Shown here piece by piece: positions 28,330 to 36,334 of a stretch of 64,000 nt of DNA. The notes beneath the pieces are model-generated. The model saw only the letters and a list, made by a program, of their open reading frames with translations. It ran no database searches and was not told where the DNA came from. The translations under genes were made by a program, and so were the position numbers. Position 1 is the first letter of the stretch, and each line of letters starts with the position of its first letter. The stretch lies in IMG/VR virus record IMGVR_UViG_3300024308_000188, positions 62,001 through 126,000 of that record. The stretch is one strand, 5' to 3'.

Positions 28330-29487
28330 TTATTCCTCGAAAAGTTGGTCGCTGAGTTTTTTGAATTCAACATCTTGATCTATAAGTGAGTAAGCTGCTT
28401 TATCTTGAACAGCAAACAATTTTCTCATAAGACCATAAGCTTCTTCGCTATACATGCCATCGCCTTTTGTTACCTTGCGAAGAATTTTAGTATAAAGAGA
28501 AGCAACAAGTTGATCATCAAGACCCACACCTAAAGTTTCATGATAACGATAAAGCAAGTGAATAACGCAATGAACACTGTCATCGATTATGTTCATGTCA
28601 ATATCGTTAGGTGTTAGTTGTCGCTGAATGCTTGAATGAATTTCTGACATAAGTTTTCTAATGCCAGATTCAATAAAAGCAGTAAGTGAGGAAGTTGGGC
28701 CATAGATCCAGTTAAATGCTTCAGCATCCAAATTTTGACCTATGTAAATACTATCCAAAATAAAAACAGTAAAGTATTTATAAAACCCTTCATCGATAAG
28801 TTTTGGAACAAGCAAATGTGAGTAATCTTGCCAAAACTTTTTGTTGTAATGCCAATAGCCAATTGGTACTTCTTTGAAAAGATACTCAGGTTGCTTTTCG
28901 TAAAATTGGTTATACAAACTTCTTAAAAAATGTGTGGAATATACAGAAGAATCCCACCAACCACGAGGATGAACAACAAAACTTTTTGAGACAAGTCCAA
29001 CAGTGTTATAAAGAAATTCAAGTTGCTTGTGAATATTGAAATCAATTCCGTATTTACGAGCTGTACTTTGATCCACAGTAATGGTTAAGTAGTTTAAATT
29101 TCTTAGGTCGGGGCCAAAAAGAAAATCATTACTAATCAAGTCGATTGTTGTTAACTGTTCAATCTTTTTCAAAGGTCGGCCAGTCAAACAAAAGGTGAAG
29201 GTTATAAGATTAGAAGGCAATGTGCTTCTTTTCTTAAAATTAACTTCAGAGTAACCGAAGCTTTTGCCAAGCGAAGTAGATACATTCACTAAAGAAAAGC
29301 TATTTGCTCGAACAAGAACAAATGGGTAACTCTCTAATCGATTCAAAATAAAAGTGAACAAAGAACCTAAGTGTCTACCTAGATCCTCTGTTCCATTGTT
29401 TTCTCTGACCACCAATGCACGTTTGACTTGTCGGCTTAAACCATTAACTGGGTTAAGCTTAAATGTAGAGGCAGCAGACAAGTGCAT
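28330..29487 (-). CDS. Hypothetical protein
   Basis: 385-aa ORF, operon packing. Confidence 0.7.
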   Translation of the reverse strand: MHLSAASTFKLNPVNGLSRQVKRALVVRENNGTEDLGRHLGSLFTFILNRLESYPFVLVRANSFSLVNVSTSLGKSFGYSEVNFKKRSTLPSNLITFTFCLTGRPLKKIEQLTTIDLISNDFLFGPDLRNLNYLTITVDQSTARKYGIDFNIHKQLEFLYNTVGLVSKSFVVHPRGWWDSSVYSTHFLRSLYNQFYEKQPEYLFKEVPIGYWHYNKKFWQDYSHLLVPKLIDEGFYKYFTVFILDSIYIGQNLDAEAFNWIYGPTSSLTAFIESGIRKLMSEIHSSIQRQLTPNDIDMNIIDDSVHCVIHLLYRYHETLGVGLDDQLVASLYTKILRKVTKGDGMYSEEAYGLMRKLFAVQDKAAYSLIDQDVEFKKLSDQLFEE

Positions 29488-30905
29488 TATTGAATCGTCC
29501 GAAGCATTTCATTCACGACTTCAGGTTTTAAGTGAAGTTCTGTTCCAAGTTTTTTGATCTTATCGCGTGTCAAATCGTGTTTGGTTTTAGAAACCATTGC
29601 AACACGAATGTACTTGCGACGAGAATTGCGGCCGACTTCTTCACGCATGTTTGGTCGTGTACGTGTTTGAATTTGAGAAGTAATCTTTTTCAGATCGGCA
29701 ATCTTGTTGTAGTAAACACGATCTACTGCCGCAGCAATTTGTGTTTTTGCTTCCAACTCTTCTTCTTTGCTTAAGCCTTTGACCAAACGGAAAATCAAGA
29801 AATCATCGACTTGACGTAACTGGTCAACATATTCAATTGATGCAAATTCAGGAATACGTTTCATTTGGCTGGTTGTTAAGCCAACGGCTACGCGATCACG
29901 AGTTGGATTACCCATATCCTGAGTTAACATTGCACCAATTAAGCGTTTCATTTCAGCTGTGTTAGATAAAGGTTTACCGATTGGGAAAGAACCAGGAATC
30001 TTATCACTTGTTAAACTAATAACATGGTAAGAAAGTTCACCAGTTCCAATATCAATTGAACCAGTAACAACAATTGAATAATCATCACGCACATGACCGC
30101 CAACAGTTACCAAATCTTTTATATGAATAAAAGTCTGGTAGTTGATTTTGCTACGGTCAATACTCTTGCCTTCAGGACGGCCAGATTTACCGACATAAGC
30201 TGTTGTGTCAGGAGAAGTTGTTTTGTAGACAAAAGTGTTCTGAGTAATTGCACTGTAAAGGCGCTTGTCAATAACATCAGTTAAATATTCGACGACACCT
30301 TTGATCATTGCATTATGATGTTTAGGTCTTGTTTCACGCGCAATTTTGGACATAGCCTTCAGCTGATCTTCAACAGCTGTCTTAGCCAAGTTAATTGAGG
30401 CACGTAAATTCTGACGAAGCAGACGATTGTTTTCCATCTTTGTAAAAGTGGAACTCATTAAAACTTGTTCTGCTATCTCAAGCTCGGCAATGTGCTGCTC
30501 AAGTTTGTGCAGAGTTTCATTTTCTTTCGCAATTTCTTTTAAATCAGGAGCAGTGAAAGAAGTCAATTTTGTCGTAACGCTAGGAAGCTTTACATCTGAA
30601 GCAGGAATTGGAGTACCAGCTTCGCGTTTCTTTTTGACTTTCTTTGCTTCGTATTCTTCGATTCTATCTTGTTGATCATCTAGATCGCCAAGTTCGATTC
30701 TGTTGGTTTTAGAACTGGCTATTGCAATCGTGTACACTGAAGGTTTAGTTTTTTTAGATGATACAGATTGCAGAAAATGTTCCGTATCTTCACTCAAGAT
30801 TTTAACTTCATCGCTCAGTGTACTTATAATAGCAGCTAATTCTTTTACAGAACGTGCTGAGCGAATTGATTCCGCTCTTTCTGATAAGCGATTTACCTTA
30901 AACAT
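29487..30905 (-). CDS. Hypothetical protein
   Basis: 472-aa ORF, operon packing. Confidence 0.7.
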   Translation of the reverse strand: MFKVNRLSERAESIRSARSVKELAAIISTLSDEVKILSEDTEHFLQSVSSKKTKPSVYTIAIASSKTNRIELGDLDDQQDRIEEYEAKKVKKKREAGTPIPASDVKLPSVTTKLTSFTAPDLKEIAKENETLHKLEQHIAELEIAEQVLMSSTFTKMENNRLLRQNLRASINLAKTAVEDQLKAMSKIARETRPKHHNAMIKGVVEYLTDVIDKRLYSAITQNTFVYKTTSPDTTAYVGKSGRPEGKSIDRSKINYQTFIHIKDLVTVGGHVRDDYSIVVTGSIDIGTGELSYHVISLTSDKIPGSFPIGKPLSNTAEMKRLIGAMLTQDMGNPTRDRVAVGLTTSQMKRIPEFASIEYVDQLRQVDDFLIFRLVKGLSKEEELEAKTQIAAAVDRVYYNKIADLKKITSQIQTRTRPNMREEVGRNSRRKYIRVAMVSKTKHDLTRDKIKKLGTELHLKPEVVNEMLRTIQ

Positions 30906-30970
30906 AATTGGCCTTAACGGTTGCTATGGATATACACTAAAATTATATATCAGAGTGTTTTTAACGACAG

Positions 30971-31013
30971 AAACGAAAAAAGGCCAAGAAATTAATCTCG
31001 GCCTTTTCTTTTT
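30971..31013. terminator. Terminator hairpin (possibly bidirectional)
   Basis: AAAAGGCC...GGCCTTTT with A-tract on the left and T-tract on the right, just after the H1-like gene stop. Confidence 0.65.
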
Positions 31014-31022
31014 AACTAAGAA

Positions 31023-31793
31023 TTACTTCTTAGGGAACTTCGAAGTTCCTGGTTTCTTACCAGCTGGTGCAGCAGGTTTTTTGCCAGCAGGTTTTTTGCC
31101 AGCAGGTTTTTTGCCAGCAGGTTTTTTGCCAGCAGGAGCAGCAGGTTTTTTGCCAGCAGGAGCACTTGGCTTTTTACCAGCAGGAGCAGCAGGTTTTTTA
31201 CCGGCTGGAGCACTTGGCTTTTTGCCAGCAGGAGCTGTTGATGGCTTTTTGCCAGCAGGAGCAGCAGGTTTCTTACCAGCTGGAGCTGGAGCCTTAGTAC
31301 CAGGTTTACGAGCTTCGTACTTTTTCAGCTGATCAGCATGGCGTTGTTTCATACCTTCACGAGCAGCTTTCTGTTTTTCAGCACGTAACTTGTTGCTGGC
31401 TTTTTGACGTTCAGTTAAAGCTTTGAATTGCTCTTTTTGTTTAGTACGGATAGTACCACCACGAGCTTTCCAAGCGGCCAAACGCTCTTTTAAAGTTGTA
31501 GAAGCTTTAGGGGCTTTAGCTGGAGCTTTGCCTTCTTTAGCTTTACGTTTTTCAGCTAACAGTTTAGCGCGTTCTTTTTCAAACTTACGCTCAGCAGGAG
31601 TTTTCTTGCGGTCACGTAATTCAGCTTGCTTTTTAGCTTTTGCTTTTTCAGCAGCAGTCATTTTTTTACCATGACCAGCAGCAGCAGCTTTCTGAGCGGG
31701 AGTTTGTTTTTTAACTGGAGCGTTTACGTTACCGCCCAAGCGAGAACCAGCGCCTTTGCCGTCCTTGCCTTTACCTTTACCTTTAACAGCCAT
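31023..31793 (-). CDS. Histone H1-like basic protein (K/A/P/G-rich)
   Basis: Tandem (A)PAGKKP repeats; extreme Lys/Ala content; GAGGT SD and a long AT-rich upstream leader. Confidence 0.8.
   Translation of the reverse strand: MAVKGKGKGKDGKGAGSRLGGNVNAPVKKQTPAQKAAAAGHGKKMTAAEKAKAKKQAELRDRKKTPAERKFEKERAKLLAEKRKAKEGKAPAKAPKASTTLKERLAAWKARGGTIRTKQKEQFKALTERQKASNKLRAEKQKAAREGMKQRHADQLKKYEARKPGTKAPAPAGKKPAAPAGKKPSTAPAGKKPSAPAGKKPAAPAGKKPSAPAGKKPAAPAGKKPAGKKPAGKKPAGKKPAAPAGKKPGTSKFPKK
31051..31290 (-). repeat. Coding tandem repeat of PAGKK units (15- to 27-nt periods)
   Basis: About 11 copies of CCTGCTGGCAAAAAA-like units. Confidence 0.9.
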
Positions 31794-31906
31794 AATAGAC
31801 CTCTACTTTTGAAATTAAATTAATTACTCTCCACGAGAATCTCTCACAATCCTCTTACCTTAAAATTACTATTATAAAAATAAAAATAAAATATTTAAAA
31901 TATTTT

Positions 31907-32968
31907 TTAATAGCCTAAAGTGCGGAGTGCTTCAGTAACTGCTTTCTTTCCAAAAAGAAAATCTTCTTTTTTTAGTTTATTAGTTTTATAAAAATCTTTC
32001 AGGCCAAGCATGGGATCTATCTTTGGAAGTTCGCTAACTTCTTTTAAAAAGTTTTGGTCGTAGTCCAAATCAGCTTCAAGCTTTTTACCTTTAACTCCCC
32101 AAAGCTGGTCAATGTTTGGAACATCTTGTCTTAGTTTTGCAGGAACAACAATACCGTCAGCAACATAAAGCCTATAGCGTATGTTTGGATCTACGCGCAA
32201 AGCTGCGAATTCTTTCTGATTTGCTATGTGAACAGTTTCCAATCTAAATTTAGGAATATTATCTACGTATTCCCAATCAGCTTTCATCACTCCATTCTTG
32301 ACCTTGTATTTTACAACAGCAAAACCTTTAGGTAGTGTTTCGCCAAAGGTTTTTTGAAACAAAGCGCCTGGATAAAGGACTCTGAGTTTTTTAAGATACT
32401 GTCTCAGATGTATATGGCCGCTAACAGTGAAGTCACGTTGGCTATTGACCTTTAGTGCCTCTTTTACTTTTAATTCGCGGCCATTGTCACCAACAGCACC
32501 TTGAACATCACGGTGTATTATGTTCACAACTGGTTTATCAGAAGGCAGCAGTTCAGTAAATGGAAATGGGCAGAAATTAAAATCTATTCCACCAATTTTG
32601 CGGATTTCTCTTTGGTCTACAACCACAAAGTTCTTAAGCATTTTAAACTCAACCATAGTCTGAAAGATACTAAGGCTAGAAGTTTTGTTATCACCGTAAT
32701 CGTGATTGCCCATCAAGTAAAATGTTGTTACATGGTTGTCATACTTACTCAAGACAGCAATAAGTTTTTGAATACTTTCGGCAGTCATTTTATAACTGTC
32801 GCTTATGTCACCAGCAACAATAATATAAGGAATTGCCTTTTTAACAGCGTACTTGTAAACTTTTTCTACTTCAAATCCTATGCGGTCAGCGTGGTCGGAA
32901 GGGAAATGATTTTTCAGACCATCAAAATGCCAATCACCTGTATGAATTACCTGAACTTCCCGTGACAT
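31907..32968 (-). CDS. SbcD/Mre11 (gp47-like) nuclease subunit
   Basis: HTGDWH, AGDISD, MGNHD, SGHIH calcineurin-like motifs; YPGALFQKTFGE. Confidence 0.85.
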   Translation of the reverse strand: MSREVQVIHTGDWHFDGLKNHFPSDHADRIGFEVEKVYKYAVKKAIPYIIVAGDISDSYKMTAESIQKLIAVLSKYDNHVTTFYLMGNHDYGDNKTSSLSIFQTMVEFKMLKNFVVVDQREIRKIGGIDFNFCPFPFTELLPSDKPVVNIIHRDVQGAVGDNGRELKVKEALKVNSQRDFTVSGHIHLRQYLKKLRVLYPGALFQKTFGETLPKGFAVVKYKVKNGVMKADWEYVDNIPKFRLETVHIANQKEFAALRVDPNIRYRLYVADGIVVPAKLRQDVPNIDQLWGVKGKKLEADLDYDQNFLKEVSELPKIDPMLGLKDFYKTNKLKKEDFLFGKKAVTEALRTLGY

Positions 32969-33275
32969 AACTGCCTTCTTTTGTATGGATGATTAAATAT
33001 TTGTCTATGAATTTCAAATACTGCTTGTGCGCCAACTTTAAGATCTTTTCATCAAGTTGAAATTCTTTAAGATTACTTGGATGACCAACAGCACTATAGT
33101 TTTGAGTTACTTTCCATTTTCCGTCAATGAGTTTTAAATATTCATAGTCAGTAAAGGTAATGCTAGGTGAAGGATAAGAGTGAGTGGTAACAGAGAAATA
33201 ATAAATCTTTTTCTTATTACCACACGGAGAAGTACGTTCGACCTTTAACTGAGGAACCTTAGACTTCGACTTCAT
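32934..33275 (-). CDS. Hypothetical protein
   Basis: 113-aa ORF, operon packing. Confidence 0.55.
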   Translation of the reverse strand: MKSKSKVPQLKVERTSPCGNKKKIYYFSVTTHSYPSPSITFTDYEYLKLIDGKWKVTQNYSAVGHPSNLKEFQLDEKILKLAHKQYLKFIDKYLIIHTKEGSYVTGSSGNSYR

Positions 33276-33720
33276 CTAAAAATACCTTGAAGATATTTTC
33301 TGGAACAAACAAAATGTGTTGAGTGCTATCAATAGAATATCCAGCGTAGTTTACAAAATCTGTTACTTGTTTCATAAACAAAGTGATGTCTACGACAGGA
33401 AGCATTGGAGCATCAGGACAAAGCTTATGGTAGTAAGTTTTGAAATCTTGCTGAAGTGAACCAACTTGAATTTTATTAGGCTCTAAATTTTTCTTAAGAT
33501 TTTGCGTGATATTTTGTGCAATAGCAAGAGTGAATGCTAATGATTCTAAAGAGACAGCATCAGGATCGTCTGAAAAATCACGCATGGTTACTTTCGCAAA
33601 ATATTTGCAGTTACAATCAGAGAAAGATATGTCTGCAATATCACGCAGAAATAGATCAGCAAGTTCCGCCATACACAGTCGATGCCAATCTAAATGAGAT
33701 CCAACAGTATCAGGATTCAT
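33259..33720 (-). CDS. Hypothetical protein
   Basis: 153-aa ORF with SD. Confidence 0.65.
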   Translation of the reverse strand: MNPDTVGSHLDWHRLCMAELADLFLRDIADISFSDCNCKYFAKVTMRDFSDDPDAVSLESLAFTLAIAQNITQNLKKNLEPNKIQVGSLQQDFKTYYHKLCPDAPMLPVVDITLFMKQVTDFVNYAGYSIDSTQHILFVPENIFKVFLDEVEV

Positions 33721-33729
33721 AAAATATCC

Positions 33730-34626
33730 TTAAGGAAGAAGAAACATAAACTTATTGCGGTTAGAAATAACCCAATGTGAAGGATCTACCCAACCTTGTG
33801 GTGTATTTCGGACAGTATCTGAAAATGGTGTGTAGTACGTTAGCAAATAAATGCAACAACCTTTCTCGAAAGAAATTCCCCATTTTTCCCAAGTGTCACG
33901 ATACTGATAACACTTATCACCGTGAGCAGCACCAGCACCAGCAGCCAAGTCAGGATTAAGACCAAGCTTTTCTAAAAACGTAGCAAAATGTTCATCTATA
34001 TATTTATAGTGATTCACTTCAGCTGTTTTCTTCATTGGACGAATGTAATGCTTGCAGAAAAAATCATCAATGAACTGAGGATCTACCTGAACTGTTTTTA
34101 CGAAACTTGTACCAGCTTGATTGCCAAACTTTTTGCTGTACAAGATTATTCCGTTGTTCTGAATTCTTTCCAAAGTAGTTCTGAATTTAACTTTGTCCGT
34201 GAACTTGTAACCAGTGCTGATAAAATCAAACAAATCCAGATCGTTATACTCAACATCGAAAACTGATATATCGATTTCACCACCAGACACGTAAGCAAAA
34301 GTCTGATCATAAATCTGACTAGAGTAGCCACAGAACATAGCGCAAAGTACAGCACGATCTGCTGAAGGAAGCTCAACAAGATCAGAGTCTGTTATATTCA
34401 ATAGCTCTTTATATAAGTTTACTGGGTTTATTTCGTAGCAATCATTTGCATTTGTTTTTGCTTGATCGCTTTGCGTAGCAGCATACATCAAATGAGTAAG
34501 ATGTCGTAAGATCAATGCGGCATTGCGTTGATAGGTTTCAGCTAAACCGTCTGGATGAAGATTAAGTTTGGTTAAATCCAAATTCAATTTATTTCCCCTT
34601 CTTTTCATTTGCAAGATAAGTATCAA
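33730..34626 (-). CDS. Hypothetical protein
   Basis: 298-aa ORF; Trp/Tyr-rich C-terminal domain (GAAHGDKCYQYRDTWEKWG...GWVDPSHWV). Confidence 0.65.
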   Translation of the reverse strand: MILILQMKRRGNKLNLDLTKLNLHPDGLAETYQRNAALILRHLTHLMYAATQSDQAKTNANDCYEINPVNLYKELLNITDSDLVELPSADRAVLCAMFCGYSSQIYDQTFAYVSGGEIDISVFDVEYNDLDLFDFISTGYKFTDKVKFRTTLERIQNNGIILYSKKFGNQAGTSFVKTVQVDPQFIDDFFCKHYIRPMKKTAEVNHYKYIDEHFATFLEKLGLNPDLAAGAGAAHGDKCYQYRDTWEKWGISFEKGCCIYLLTYYTPFSDTVRNTPQGWVDPSHWVISNRNKFMFLLP

Positions 34627-35395
34627 TACTGACCTTGCTTTTATCTGTTATTTGTTTATCGCTTTCAAGCATTTTTAAAATGTACATGAATTCATAAGGA
34701 TTCAAATCGTAAGCTGTTGATACGTCAGCTACATCAGGAACACCATTTATTTCTTTGAAAGCAATTTGATAGCGTCGTGCAATATCGGAAAAAAGAATAT
34801 CACTTATGTCAGACACTATTGCCGAGCTAAGTTTTATTTGAGTGCCAAGTCTTTTGAGTTCTTCTATAAGCTTTTCTTTAGACCAATCATTGCGTAAAAA
34901 CTGACAGCAGATTTTTTTAACAGGTTTTTGGTGAGTCTTGGCAGGTAACTTATAAATGTAAGTCATTAGCTTGTCAAAGACAGATCCAGATTTGGCTTTT
35001 TGAATAACAATGTCCAAATAAGTTACTTTCTTTTTCTGTATAGGTTTTTCAACAGGGTTAGAAAGAACCTCTAAATCTATTTCATCAAAAACAACTATTC
35101 GAGTTTTATTTTCAGAATCAATTCCGTAATCAAGTCTATTAAAGCCTTTGTACTCAAGCAAGAATAATGGTGAAGCAAATACAAAAACTTTTTGCTTTAA
35201 CCCACACAAAATCTTGTAATTGCGTACAAAATCTTCTCGACTTAGACAAATGATATATTTGGTTTTACGCAAACCTTCTGCCGTAAATACGGATTTGGGT
35301 TTTATGATCTTAAAAGTTGGGTTGGAATCAAAAGACAATAAAGCTTTAATAACTTCGTCTGGTGAATGTCCAGCTACTCCATAAAATACAGGCAT
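34589..35395 (-). CDS. Hypothetical protein under the replication-type promoter motif
   Basis: AACTGTAAAT 26 nt upstream and AAGGAG SD. Confidence 0.65.
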   Translation of the reverse strand: MPVFYGVAGHSPDEVIKALLSFDSNPTFKIIKPKSVFTAEGLRKTKYIICLSREDFVRNYKILCGLKQKVFVFASPLFLLEYKGFNRLDYGIDSENKTRIVVFDEIDLEVLSNPVEKPIQKKKVTYLDIVIQKAKSGSVFDKLMTYIYKLPAKTHQKPVKKICCQFLRNDWSKEKLIEELKRLGTQIKLSSAIVSDISDILFSDIARRYQIAFKEINGVPDVADVSTAYDLNPYEFMYILKMLESDKQITDKSKVSIDTYLANEKKGK

Positions 35396-35420
35396 GGTTT
35401 AGGTATCTCCTTTGTAGTAG

Positions 35421-35430
35421 ATTTACAGTT
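35421..35430 (-). promoter_or_regulatory. AACTGTAAAT motif
   Basis: Exact motif match; its TAA is the stop codon of the upstream DHH-like gene. Confidence 0.7.
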
Positions 35431-36325
35431 TAGCGTTTATATACTGAACTATTTCACTACAAATATCGTTTTCGCGTAAATTTAAAGAGCTGACAAATCC
35501 TGCAAAACTTTGAGTACCATAGCCGTCAAAAATATTTGCTATTAATGAAGCGTCATAATCAAGTCCAGATCTGCATCCTACTGACCAACTGCGATACACG
35601 TAACCACTTACTCTGCAATCAGAATACAAAAACACATAATCGTATTTTCCTAAACTAAGTAAATGTTTGATTATGTGATATGAGAAAAGTTTGGGCGCGT
35701 TAATGAAAGCACATTTGTAATCCAATAAATTTGAATAGCCGCAATTGGATGCAAGATAAGAAGCAGTGGTTTGAAAAAACGAACCAACTTGCATACCTTC
35801 AACCGCAAGTTCTGACAAATTAGGGCTTATAAAATGTTGGGTGTTTAATAAAAACGCATCTTCCTCACACTGCAACATTTTATAACGCAATCCATCATAA
35901 ATAAAACGGCTATTAGATATTTCATTTTTATGTAGTACAACATCCTCTATAATAAGTAATGTTTCTGGAACCATGTCGCTCGGTAAAAAATATGACCACG
36001 CAGATACGCAAGTGCTTCGCTCAGGAATGGAAAACTGAGTTATTTTGGTTTTGCTTGATTCTGATAGCTCAACAGGCATATGATCTATGTATGTCACGTT
36101 TTTACCATAAGATGATATACGTGCAAGATCTTGCGGTGTAAGATGTAAGCCGAGAATATAAATGTGATCGGCTATATCACCTTTTGTGAAATATTCAAAA
36201 ATGCTGAGCTTTCCATAATCAAATGCTAAATAAATAGCATCATTTTTGAATCTAAAATATGCGGCCAACGCAGAAGCTTGGCCGTCCATTGTGTGAGCGT
36301 TATACACAACATAAGTTTTAGACAT
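35423..36325 (-). CDS. DHH/DHHA1-family phosphoesterase-like protein with degenerate motifs
   Basis: VVYNAHTMDG, IYILG, VTYIDHM, and C-terminal IANIFDGYG..SFAGF; DHH is changed to DHM. Confidence 0.6.
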   Translation of the reverse strand: MSKTYVVYNAHTMDGQASALAAYFRFKNDAIYLAFDYGKLSIFEYFTKGDIADHIYILGLHLTPQDLARISSYGKNVTYIDHMPVELSESSKTKITQFSIPERSTCVSAWSYFLPSDMVPETLLIIEDVVLHKNEISNSRFIYDGLRYKMLQCEEDAFLLNTQHFISPNLSELAVEGMQVGSFFQTTASYLASNCGYSNLLDYKCAFINAPKLFSYHIIKHLLSLGKYDYVFLYSDCRVSGYVYRSWSVGCRSGLDYDASLIANIFDGYGTQSFAGFVSSLNLRENDICSEIVQYINAKL

Positions 36326-36334
36326 AAAATACCT

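Noticed and set aside
30703-31823. Antisense ORFs over the H1-like gene (PAGFL and QQVFC repeats)
   Set aside because: These are reverse-complement or alternate-frame shadows of the stop-free PAGKK repeat.
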